Shown here piece by piece: positions 1-8,956 of a DNA stretch of 64,000 nt (its first letter is position 1; every line of letters starts with the position of its first letter). Source of the stretch: Spirochaetaceae bacterium (lineage in GTDB: Bacteria > Spirochaetota > Spirochaetia > B11-G9). Position numbers and translations under genes: made by a program. The DNA is taken from positions 7,718 through 71,717 of the forward strand of contig WGCU01000026.1 in assembly GCA_015493635.1 (NCBI GenBank), in the 5' to 3' direction. Below the pieces are notes generated by a model. It did no database searches, was not told where the DNA came from, and was given only the letters and a program-made list of their open reading frames with translations.

Positions 1-438
1 GATGTTCTGGGGTTTATTTTCCAGAATTTTAATCTTATTCCTGTCCTTAATGTCTATGAAAATATTGAATTCCCGCTGCTTCTCGGAAAAACAAGAGAAG
101 ATAAAAACAGGCGCAGGGAATGGATTACCCATCTTATGGAAGATGTAGGCCTCATAGAGTGGAAAACCCATAAACCAAATGAACTTTCCGGGGGGCAGCG
201 GCAGAGAGTTGCCATAGCGAGGGCTCTTGTTACAAAACCTGCCATTGTCCTGGCTGATGAACCAACTGCCAACCTTGACTCAAAAACAGGTGAAAATATC
301 ATAGAGATGATGAAAAAAATGAACAAAGAGTTTGATACAACGTTTATTTTCTCCACCCATGACAAGACTATTGTGGATATTGCAGATCATGTTATTCATC
401 TGAAAGACGGCCTCGTTGAATCAAATTCCAGGGGATAG
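1..438 (+). CDS. ABC transporter ATP-binding protein, LolD/MacB-like (5'-truncated by window edge)
   Basis: Frame open from base 1 (DVLGFIFQNFNLIPVL...). ABC signature LSGGQRQRVAIARAL, Walker B/D-loop LADEPTANLD, H-loop STHD. Confidence 0.93.
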   Translation, partial: DVLGFIFQNFNLIPVLNVYENIEFPLLLGKTREDKNRRREWITHLMEDVGLIEWKTHKPNELSGGQRQRVAIARALVTKPAIVLADEPTANLDSKTGENIIEMMKKMNKEFDTTFIFSTHDKTIVDIADHVIHLKDGLVESNSRG

Positions 439-440
439 GT

Positions 441-1916
441 ATGGAAAATGTTATTTTAAAAATTGCCTATAGAAATATATGGAAGCATAAAATTAAAACA
501 TTGATAATCGGTATTCTGGTAGCATTGGGAATCCTTATTCTTGTTGTGGGGAATTCCTTCATGGACAGTGCAGCGGCAGGTATGAGAAAAACCTATATTG
601 AAAATTTTACCGGTGATTTTATCATTACCTCAGGAGCAATGAAAAACCCATCCATGTTTATGGACGGTATTATGGAGGACAGGGATTCTGCTCTCCCAAT
701 AATTCCCAGGGAACCTGACATTGAAAAACACCTTAAAACGGTAAAGGGAGTGGCGGCTTTTAATCCTCAGATAGCCGGCGCGGTTGCCATCAAGCATGGT
801 GATGATAACGGATTTGCTCTTATTTTCAGTTTTGACCCGGTTAAATACCAGGAAGTGTTTAAAAATAATATTGAACTTGTTTCCGGAAGTTTTTTAAAGG
901 AAGGGCAGGAGGGGATTGTTCTTTCTGATGAAACGGTAAAGAGAATGAGAGAATCGGGGGGTGAAAAGGTTGCTGTGGGAGATAAAGTACTCCTTACCGG
1001 TATTAATAATATAACCGGAACCAAGATCAGGGAAGTTACCGTCCGGGGAATATTCAAATTCAAGAACGAAGCTCCCCAGCTTAAAGTGCTCTCATTTCTT
1101 GATGTCAACAACATGAGAATAATTAATGGTATGCTGAAAAATACAGAGGTGTCTGCCAATCTTTCCACAGAAGAAAAAGCTCTTCTTGGATCGGTTAACG
1201 AGAATTCTCTCTTCGGGGAGTCAGACGGAGGACTTGTTACCGATTCCAGCAGCAGTTCCTCCGCACCCGTTGATTATCTTTCCATTCTGGGGGATACATC
1301 AAAACGAAATTTATACCGTGAGACAGATCCCAACGCGTGGCACTACATTGTGGTAAAACTTGATAACGGTGTACGTCCAGGAAAGGTAATACGCCAGCTC
1401 AATACCTGGTTTACTGCACAGGGGATCGACGCAAAGGCTTACAGCTGGCTGCTTGGAGCAGGAGCCATCGGGAAATTGTCTAATACTCTCAAAATTGTTT
1501 TTAATCTTCTCATTCTCATTATAGCGGTTGTAGGAGTTATCATTATTATGAATACACTCGTTATATCAGTTACAGAACGGATTGGAGAAATTGGTACCAT
1601 GAGAGCCATTGGAGCAAAGAAGTCATTTGTACGGCGGATGATTATGCTGGAAACCCTCATGATTACAGTAATATTCGGATTTATCGGAGCTTTGCTGGGG
1701 ATTGTTATTACCTGGATTCTCGGGGCTATAGGATTTACCGCGACCAATACGTTCCTGCAGGTAATTATGGGAGGCAAGGTTTTCCACCCCGTTGTATCGG
1801 TGAGTGCAGTTGTTCTCTCCCTCGTTATTATCGGCGCTGTTGGAATTCTTGCCAGCCTGTATCCGGTTTCAGTTGCGTTGAAAATAAATCCGGTTAAAGC
1901 AATGGGGGAAAATTAG
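441..1916 (+). CDS. FtsX/LolE-like ABC permease
   Basis: IAYRNIW N-terminus, TM1, large periplasmic domain, C-terminal ERIGEIGTMRAIGA motif and three further TMs. Confidence 0.9.
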   Translation: MENVILKIAYRNIWKHKIKTLIIGILVALGILILVVGNSFMDSAAAGMRKTYIENFTGDFIITSGAMKNPSMFMDGIMEDRDSALPIIPREPDIEKHLKTVKGVAAFNPQIAGAVAIKHGDDNGFALIFSFDPVKYQEVFKNNIELVSGSFLKEGQEGIVLSDETVKRMRESGGEKVAVGDKVLLTGINNITGTKIREVTVRGIFKFKNEAPQLKVLSFLDVNNMRIINGMLKNTEVSANLSTEEKALLGSVNENSLFGESDGGLVTDSSSSSSAPVDYLSILGDTSKRNLYRETDPNAWHYIVVKLDNGVRPGKVIRQLNTWFTAQGIDAKAYSWLLGAGAIGKLSNTLKIVFNLLILIIAVVGVIIIMNTLVISVTERIGEIGTMRAIGAKKSFVRRMIMLETLMITVIFGFIGALLGIVITWILGAIGFTATNTFLQVIMGGKVFHPVVSVSAVVLSLVIIGAVGILASLYPVSVALKINPVKAMGEN

Positions 1917-1918
1917 AG

Positions 1919-3256
1919 ATGATGAATATAATAAAAATAGCTTTTAGAAATATCACCCGGCAGAAAAAGAGGAGTATACTTCTCGGCAGTGCTGTAGCCT
2001 TCGGAGTTCTGATAATTATCCTTCTTAACGGATTTACGGCAGGCTTAAAAGAAACCATGAAAGAAAACTTTACCTCCTTAATGGGAGGGCATGTATATGT
2101 AAATGGAAAAGTAGTGCTCCCCAGCGGAAAAATAGTAAACATGATAGGGGACAGGGATATACTGGACAAGGCTCTTTCACCTATTGCCGATGAAATAGCG
2201 GAGGTGCACATAAGGGCCCAGTCCGGCAGGAGCGAAATAATTTTCGGTTCAAAAAGTACATCTCTCCTTATATATGGTGTGAACTGGAATGATGAAAAGC
2301 TTCTCAAAAAAACATTGACCGTTCTTGATGGTTCGTTTAAGGCGCTATCAGATCCAAAGGCTATTGTTTTGCCAAAAAAAATAGCGGATAAACTTCAGGT
2401 CAGAGCGGGAGATTCTGTCCTGGTGCGTCTTGATACGGTGACAGGACAGCGGAATGTAGGTGATTTTACCGTCGGAGCAATTACAAGTGATCCTGGGAGT
2501 TTTTCTTTTATCAGCGCCGGATACGCTAATATTACGTATCTTGGTGAACTTCTCGGTCTTAAGCCCGGCGGGTATCAGTATATGAATCTGTACCTGAAGG
2601 ATATCAATCGTATGGATGTTGTAGCAAAAAAGCTGAGAGATGAGTTAAGGAAGACTGCTCTTTTAGAGGAAGATACTCCCGAAGATACCAATAATGAAAC
2701 CCATCAGAGGAGTATGGGGTTTATGATGGGAGGGTCAACGACGGCAGTAAAGCCCTGGAAAGGAACAAAATTTTCAGTAACAACCCTTAATGATGTTATG
2801 GCCCCTGTTTTACAGATGATCAGAATACTTAATATGGTCTCATTAACGCTCTTTATTATCCTTCTTACCATAACAATGGTCGGGCTCCTGAATACATTCC
2901 GTATGGTCCTTATAGAACGGACAAGGGAGATTGGAACAATACGGGCCATAGGGATGCAGCGAAAGGATGTCCGGAATATATTTTTCTTCGAAGCACTGTT
3001 CCTTTCTCTGGCAGGTGCAGCGGCCGGGCTTGTTCTTGCCCTTATCGGCATGGCGGTAGGAGGCGCGGTTACCTTTTCCGCGAACTCCAATATGGGTATT
3101 TTCCTTCTTAACCGGCATATACAGTTTATTGCATCGGTTCCCGGAATCCTGCTGATAATTGTCATCCTTTTACTGATGACTCTTGTTGCAGTATATCTTC
3201 CCGCACGGAGAGCAGCTCGTTTGAAAGTAGCTGATGCTCTGCGGACACAATACTAA
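1919..3256 (+). CDS. FtsX/LolE-like ABC permease (second subunit)
   Basis: IAFRNI N-terminus, ERTREIGTIRAIG, and PARRAARL...DALR C-terminus. Confidence 0.9.
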   Translation: MMNIIKIAFRNITRQKKRSILLGSAVAFGVLIIILLNGFTAGLKETMKENFTSLMGGHVYVNGKVVLPSGKIVNMIGDRDILDKALSPIADEIAEVHIRAQSGRSEIIFGSKSTSLLIYGVNWNDEKLLKKTLTVLDGSFKALSDPKAIVLPKKIADKLQVRAGDSVLVRLDTVTGQRNVGDFTVGAITSDPGSFSFISAGYANITYLGELLGLKPGGYQYMNLYLKDINRMDVVAKKLRDELRKTALLEEDTPEDTNNETHQRSMGFMMGGSTTAVKPWKGTKFSVTTLNDVMAPVLQMIRILNMVSLTLFIILLTITMVGLLNTFRMVLIERTREIGTIRAIGMQRKDVRNIFFFEALFLSLAGAAAGLVLALIGMAVGGAVTFSANSNMGIFLLNRHIQFIASVPGILLIIVILLLMTLVAVYLPARRAARLKVADALRTQY

Positions 3257-3273
3257 TAGATGGAGATGATAAA

Positions 3274-4032
3274 ATGAAAAAAAAGATTGGATTATTAACA
3301 GCGGCTTTGCTGCTTACGGGAGTACTCTCGGCAGGAGCTTTAACAACAGCCAAAGCGGAAGCGATTCTTGGAGATCTCGATGCGTCGAGGAACTTCAGCA
3401 ATACCGATTTTTCCGCGGTGATGACAATGGTAACAGAAGACCCTGAAAAGGGGATAGACAAGATAAAAGTGCAGCAGTTCAGGCGCGATGGTAAAGACAC
3501 GTTCCTTATGCTCTTTCTCGAACCGGAATCCAAGAAGGGGCAGGGGTATTTACGGATCAATGATAACCTGTGGTTCTATGATCCTGAAAGCAGGAAGTTT
3601 AATCATACTTCCATGAAAGATTCCTTTGGAGGGACCGATGCGAAGCATTCTGATTTCAGAATTTCAACACTGAAAGAAGATTACAATGTAAAAACGGTTG
3701 CGGATGGCAAACTCGGCCGGTTCAGTGTGTACATCATGGATCTGAAAGCAAAGAATTCGGAAGTAACGTATCCCCGTCTGAAGTTATGGATAACCCGGGA
3801 AGGACACCTGCTCTTGAAGGCAGAGGACTACAGTGCCACGGACAGACTGATGCGGACGAGCCTTTTCCCGAAGTACGCGAAGGTAAAGAACCGGTACATA
3901 GCTACCATAATGATTTTTGTGGATGAGCTGGTTAAAGGAAGGAAAACACAGATAAGTATTGCCAATATTTCCACCAAGAAACTTCCCGATACCATCTTTA
4001 CCAAGTCGTATGTAGAACGGGTTAACAGGTAG
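3274..4032 (+). CDS. Outer-membrane lipoprotein-sorting protein (LolA-like family)
   Basis: Signal peptide; FLEPESKKGQGYLR..NLWFY..SFGGTD motifs; C-terminal LPDTIFTKSYVE typical of this family. Confidence 0.8.
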   Translation: MKKKIGLLTAALLLTGVLSAGALTTAKAEAILGDLDASRNFSNTDFSAVMTMVTEDPEKGIDKIKVQQFRRDGKDTFLMLFLEPESKKGQGYLRINDNLWFYDPESRKFNHTSMKDSFGGTDAKHSDFRISTLKEDYNVKTVADGKLGRFSVYIMDLKAKNSEVTYPRLKLWITREGHLLLKAEDYSATDRLMRTSLFPKYAKVKNRYIATIMIFVDELVKGRKTQISIANISTKKLPDTIFTKSYVERVNR

Positions 4033-4040
4033 GTGCGGAA

Positions 4041-5360
4041 ATGAAACTATATAAAACGGTATTATTATGTTTGGCAGGAACGGTACTATGGGCTGGCAGC
4101 ACGTTTGCTGACAGTATAAACACCAATGATCTTTTCGGAAGCAGCTCGGGGGCTCTTGTGGAAGAACCCTCCGGGAATACTGATAAAACGGATCTTTCGT
4201 CTGACCTCCTGACCTCAAAGGCAGGGGTAACAATAGGGGGCGCTTATCATTTTAAGGCAGCAGCCGCTTTGAAGGAAAATGATCTGGAAAATCCTTCTTT
4301 CGATTCCATGGATGATTCTTTTTCCATAGATCTTGGAACAACCCTGTCCTTTGATGCCCGTCCGGATGATACGATCCGGGTCCTGGGTAAGGTGGTTATT
4401 GCATATCCCTTTACGGGGGGAACGTTTTCCGATGTCTTTCATGTGACAGAGCTCTTTTCCGATTTTAATATTGACGACAAGGTGTTTTTCCGTGCAGGGA
4501 AAAGCACCATCAACTGGGGAGTGGGCTATTTTTTCAGTCCTGCGGACCTTCTTAATGTGAGCAAAATAGATCCTGAAGATCCTGATGCTGAACTGGAAGG
4601 ACCGGTTTCTGTAAAAATCAATGTTCCGGTTGGAATCAATAATCTCTATCTGTACGTTATAGCACCGGAGGGTATTATTTCTGCTTCAGAACTTGCGCTT
4701 GCTCCCAAAGCGGAGTTTGTTATCGGTGACAGCGAGTTTGGTCTGGGTGCTTACTATCAGAAAGACCATGTTCCAGCAGGGATGGTTACCGTAACGTCAG
4801 CTCTGGGAGATGTTTCTCTCTTCGGTGAAGGCGTTGTAACCTACGGATCCGATAAAACCTTTGTAAAGCAGGACGGCATGTCCTATGCTCTCGTTACGGA
4901 TGATGATACCGTTTTCTTTAAGGGAACTGCGGGTTTTAGGTACTCCTGGAGCGATGATCTTTCCAATTTTTCGTTTAATGTTTCCGGGCAGTATCTTTTT
5001 AACGGTGAAGGGTACGAAAATAATGATCAGGATTTTGTAACTGCCAACAGACTGATAATTATGGGAAGCGGACTTGTTTCTGCGTCTGATATTGCACAGA
5101 CCGGCCGGCATTACGGCGCCGGAAACTTCAGCTGGAATGAAATGTTCCAGAGTGATTTTACGTTCAGTATGTTTTGGCTGGGAAATCTCTCTGACGGATC
5201 AGGCATGATGAAACCTTCGCTTTCCTATACAGGGTTCGATGATATTGATATTTCACTGAGTCTCCCCTATAGTTATGGTGATATCGGTGATGAATATACT
5301 CCCATGGGAGATTCTGTGTCCGCGTCTTTAACCTTTTCTCTTGGAGGAACTGCCTTCTAA
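4041..5360 (+). CDS. Putative outer-membrane beta-barrel protein
   Basis: Signal peptide, RAGKSTINWGVGYFFSPAD motif, alternating aromatic strands, C-terminal Phe. Confidence 0.6.
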   Translation: MKLYKTVLLCLAGTVLWAGSTFADSINTNDLFGSSSGALVEEPSGNTDKTDLSSDLLTSKAGVTIGGAYHFKAAAALKENDLENPSFDSMDDSFSIDLGTTLSFDARPDDTIRVLGKVVIAYPFTGGTFSDVFHVTELFSDFNIDDKVFFRAGKSTINWGVGYFFSPADLLNVSKIDPEDPDAELEGPVSVKINVPVGINNLYLYVIAPEGIISASELALAPKAEFVIGDSEFGLGAYYQKDHVPAGMVTVTSALGDVSLFGEGVVTYGSDKTFVKQDGMSYALVTDDDTVFFKGTAGFRYSWSDDLSNFSFNVSGQYLFNGEGYENNDQDFVTANRLIIMGSGLVSASDIAQTGRHYGAGNFSWNEMFQSDFTFSMFWLGNLSDGSGMMKPSLSYTGFDDIDISLSLPYSYGDIGDEYTPMGDSVSASLTFSLGGTAF

Positions 5361-6061
5361 TGGATGGACGGGTATTGATTATTGAGGATGAAATAGAGCT
5401 GGGTGAACTTATTCAGCTTTTTCTGAAAAAAGACGGTATTCAATCTGATCTATATCCTTCTGCGGAAGAGGGGCTCATCATCCTTAAGAAGCAGGTGTAT
5501 GACCTTATTATCCTTGATATCAATCTTCCCGGGATGGATGGTTTTGAATTTCTGCAGATTCTGCGCAGAAATTCTGCTGTCGGCGTTATCATCCTTTCTG
5601 CGCGTGAAGCGGATGAGGATATCGTCCTGGGACTTGGCCTCGGGGCAGATGAGTTTGTCACGAAACCCTTTGCTCCGAAGGTCCTTGTTGCCAGGGTACG
5701 GGCGCTGCTCCGACGTTTTAAGGCGCAGAAGGGAAATGTTTCGGGCAGAATTTATTTCGGCCCCTTTGAAATGGATATTGGCGGGTATTCAGTAGTGAAG
5801 GAGGGGGACAGAGTCCCTCTTTCCACTAAGGAGTTTGAGGTTTTGCGGTTTCTCATCGAAAACGCGGGAAAAGTATTTACCCCCCCTGAAATTTATCAGG
5901 CTGTCTGGAAACAGGAATTTGGAGATGTAACCTCTGTTGCCGTGTATATACAGCGGCTTCGAAAAAAACTTGAACCTGATCCGGCTGCTCCTGAACTCCT
6001 TATTACTGTCAGAGGGAAAGGGTATCTCTGTAATAAAAAAATGGTAACCTATGAGTCTTAA
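5360..6061 (+). CDS. OmpR-family response regulator
   Basis: IEDE..LDINLPGMDG..GADEFVTKPF receiver plus winged-helix VYIQRLRKKLE..TVRGKGY. TAATG overlap with the upstream gene. Confidence 0.93.
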   Translation: MDGRVLIIEDEIELGELIQLFLKKDGIQSDLYPSAEEGLIILKKQVYDLIILDINLPGMDGFEFLQILRRNSAVGVIILSAREADEDIVLGLGLGADEFVTKPFAPKVLVARVRALLRRFKAQKGNVSGRIYFGPFEMDIGGYSVVKEGDRVPLSTKEFEVLRFLIENAGKVFTPPEIYQAVWKQEFGDVTSVAVYIQRLRKKLEPDPAAPELLITVRGKGYLCNKKMVTYES

Positions 6062-7352
6062 AACACGGTTTGTTCTCCTTGTTGTAGGTTCTGTGCTTAT
6101 TCCAAACATTATTATCATGATGATTGTCGGACTCTCTTTCGGCGGGTTTAATAATATCTATGCGCTTCATAAGCAGATGAAAACATACTATACTGTCAAT
6201 AAAATGATCCGCCGTCCGGTAGATAAGAAAGAGTTTTTCACGTATTTACAATCATCTTCTCCTGTAGACTATTACATTATCAGCAGTGACAGGACGTTCC
6301 TTACCTCTTCAACCGGTACCAATGATTTAGCGAATGCACTGCAGAAAGGCAGGACGTTTACAGTACGGGAAGTTGCATTTACCGGTAACAGCAGTGCACT
6401 CCTTTTCCTCCATTTGCCGGCGCTTGAACATTTTGCTCTTGCCAGGCAGACCCCTTTTCAGCTTGTTGCTCCTCTGGTGCTTCTTTCGGTCCTGTCACTC
6501 CTTTCTCTGATTGTAATCCGGTCCATAAACAGCTCCCTTAAAAAGATAGAAGAAGCGACACGAAAGGTTGCAGAAGGGAACTATGACTTTGAACTTCCGG
6601 TACGGGGGAATGATTCCATAGCGTCCCTTTCACGCTCATTCAATATCATGATTGAAAAAGTCAGGGAGGAATACTCCCGCCGGGCACGGTTTTTTATGGG
6701 AGTTTCTCATGATCTTAAAACTCCTCTGGCTTCCATAAGCGGTTACGCGGACGCAATTCTCGAAGGGTATGCGGACAGCAAGGAATCTCTCGATAAGTAC
6801 GCAGGAATAATCAAGGACAAATCCGGACTTCTGCTGGACAGGGTATATCACCTTATTGATTTTGTGAAACTGGAAACTGGAGAGTGGAAGATATCTTTTC
6901 AGGATACTCCTTTAAAGAAGTTCCTCTTGGGAATTATTGATGCTGCTTCGGTTGATGCGGAGCTCTATCACTATACGTTTGAATCGAAAATTTTTATTCC
7001 GGATAGTGTTGTTGTTCCCATGGATACAGGGCTTGTTCGGCGCAGTTTTGATAATATTATTCATAATGCATTCCGGTATGCTGAGGAAGGAACCCGAATA
7101 AAAATTACAGCAGAGGAAGGAAATGGGGGAATTACAATTTCCATAGCAAACCGGGGAAAGGGAATACCGGAAGAAGATCTCCACTATATCTTTGAGCCTT
7201 TTTACCGGGGGTCCTCAACCCGGAATGAGGACGGTTTTGGTCTGGGACTTGCAAATGTTGCTTCTGTTATTAAATCTCACGGCTGGGAAATCTCTGTAAC
7301 TTCAGTACCTGGCGGAATAACTACTTTTACCATTTTCGTTCCGTTATCATAA
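6051..7352 (+). CDS. Sensor histidine kinase (HAMP-HisKA-HATPase)
   Basis: Two TMs, HAMP, H-box SHDLKTPL, N-box NAFRY, FEPFYRG, GLGLA. Confidence 0.93.
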   Translation: MSLKTRFVLLVVGSVLIPNIIIMMIVGLSFGGFNNIYALHKQMKTYYTVNKMIRRPVDKKEFFTYLQSSSPVDYYIISSDRTFLTSSTGTNDLANALQKGRTFTVREVAFTGNSSALLFLHLPALEHFALARQTPFQLVAPLVLLSVLSLLSLIVIRSINSSLKKIEEATRKVAEGNYDFELPVRGNDSIASLSRSFNIMIEKVREEYSRRARFFMGVSHDLKTPLASISGYADAILEGYADSKESLDKYAGIIKDKSGLLLDRVYHLIDFVKLETGEWKISFQDTPLKKFLLGIIDAASVDAELYHYTFESKIFIPDSVVVPMDTGLVRRSFDNIIHNAFRYAEEGTRIKITAEEGNGGITISIANRGKGIPEEDLHYIFEPFYRGSSTRNEDGFGLGLANVASVIKSHGWEISVTSVPGGITTFTIFVPLS

Positions 7353-7393
7353 AAAAAGCAATGCAGGGTATGGGGGGAGGAACCCTGCATTGC
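7351..7393 (-). terminator. Intrinsic terminator of degP with C-rich loop
   Basis: Stem GCAATGCAGGG(7358-68)/CCCTGCATTGC(7383-93), followed by a 7-U tract on the minus strand. Confidence 0.85.
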
Positions 7394-7416
7394 AAGAAGA
7401 AGATTAAGAATGAAAA

Positions 7417-8871
7417 TTACGGAACAATCCCGAGTATTACATCGGTGCCCTGCTTATTTACTTTGAAAATAAGTTCGCCGCTGGTGTCAGCGTTAATAAT
7501 TTTATAAAAATCCATAACGCTGTTAATTTTCTTTTTATTTATTTCTTTTATTATATCACCGCTCCGGAGGCCCGCCTTAAAAGCTGATGTATTCTGCTCA
7601 ACGGCGCCGATCATTACCTTTCCAATATTAGAGGGAAGGTTAAGTTTTTTGCGGATATCCTTTGTAATCCCTACCACGGTAACACCAGGCCACAGAGACT
7701 TCGCATTTTTCTGAATTGCTGCTTCATCTTTTCTGGTTGTGATCCGTACTCTCAGGGTTACCGGCCGTTTGTACCGGATAACCTTGAAGGTGTATGTTTT
7801 TCCGGGAACCAGATTTCCAACCACATGAAGCAGTTCATTGGCATCTTTTATATTGGTTGTATCAACAGCTGTTATAAAATCGCCCGGTTTTAGACCGCCC
7901 TTCCATGCGGGGGAATCCTTGTATACGTTGAATACAAAAGCTCCCTTTTTGTGTTTTAACCCCATATCGCTGATGATCCCTTCTGAAGGATCGCTCATTG
8001 ATATTCCAAGCCAGCCGTATTGAACCTTTCCGGTAGCGATTAACTGATCGATAACCTTTTTCGCATTATTTATCGGAATGGCAAATCCAAGGCCAATACT
8101 TCCCCCGGACTGGGAAGCGATCCAGGTATTCATACCAATTACTTCCCCTTTGATATTTACAAGGGGTCCTCCGGAGTTTCCGGGGTTTATGGCAGCATCT
8201 GTCTGTATATAATCCGTAAAACTAGTGCCGAGCCGGTCGTTTGCTTTTCTGCCTACTGCGCTTATTATTCCCGAAGTAATGGTGGAGTCAAAACCAAGAG
8301 GGTTTCCTACTGCAAACGTTATATCGCCAGGCTGAACGGTGCTTGAATCACCCAGTACCGCGATAGGTACATTTTCTTTTGTTTCAAACTTTACGAGGGC
8401 AACATCTTTTCTTGGATCTTTTCCGACAAGTTTTGCATCGAAAACTCTTCCATCGTACAGGTGAATGGTTATTTTATCAGCATTACCGGCAACGTGGTTG
8501 TTCGTCAAAACGTACACGGTTTTCCCTGTTTTTTTAACGATGATTCCTGATCCGAGAGCGGCACTTTTAAACTCCTGCATCTTCGGTTTTTGCTGCTGCT
8601 GTTGGTTCGGAGAATTGAAGAAAAAATCAAAAGGGGAAGGCATAACAGGGACTGCCCTTTTGACTACTGTTTCAACGTTGATCGTTACAACGACAGGAAG
8701 AACCTTTTTTGCGATCATCCTGTTTTCATTCTGCATGGCTTGCAATGTATTCCCCTGGGAAACATTGTAGCCCTGGTATCTGTAGGGGGTTGTTTCAGCG
8801 GTAACGATACCAGCTGTTCCGATTAATAAAAATGTAATAAGAATAAGCAATGTGAATTTCTTTGTTTTCAT
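7417..8871 (-). CDS. degP: DegP/HtrA (Do-family) periplasmic serine protease with two PDZ domains
   Basis: TNNHV, KDVA, IQTDAAINPGNSGGPL catalytic motifs; signal peptide. Start moved to ATG 8871 behind a GGAGG RBS. Confidence 0.93.
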   Translation of the reverse strand: MKTKKFTLLILITFLLIGTAGIVTAETTPYRYQGYNVSQGNTLQAMQNENRMIAKKVLPVVVTINVETVVKRAVPVMPSPFDFFFNSPNQQQQQKPKMQEFKSAALGSGIIVKKTGKTVYVLTNNHVAGNADKITIHLYDGRVFDAKLVGKDPRKDVALVKFETKENVPIAVLGDSSTVQPGDITFAVGNPLGFDSTITSGIISAVGRKANDRLGTSFTDYIQTDAAINPGNSGGPLVNIKGEVIGMNTWIASQSGGSIGLGFAIPINNAKKVIDQLIATGKVQYGWLGISMSDPSEGIISDMGLKHKKGAFVFNVYKDSPAWKGGLKPGDFITAVDTTNIKDANELLHVVGNLVPGKTYTFKVIRYKRPVTLRVRITTRKDEAAIQKNAKSLWPGVTVVGITKDIRKKLNLPSNIGKVMIGAVEQNTSAFKAGLRSGDIIKEINKKKINSVMDFYKIINADTSGELIFKVNKQGTDVILGIVP

Positions 8872-8938
8872 TTTTCGCCTCCATGTGCTTTTGTTATATG
8901 AATAATACACAAAGAAGCTTTCTGAAACCTTTCCGAAC

Positions 8939-8956
8939 CATTACAGTTTTGTAATG
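8939..8956. promoter_or_regulatory. CusR/HprR-type palindromic response-regulator box upstream of degP
   Basis: Minus strand CATTACAAAACTGTAATG (arms CATTACA/TGTAATG), one base from the E. coli CusR/HprR box CATTACAAAATTGTAATG. Overlaps the kinase stop codon. Confidence 0.7.

Noticed and set aside
8590-8604. Poly-Gln run in DegP
   Set aside because: It falls in the known flexible Q-linker of DegP-family proteases.
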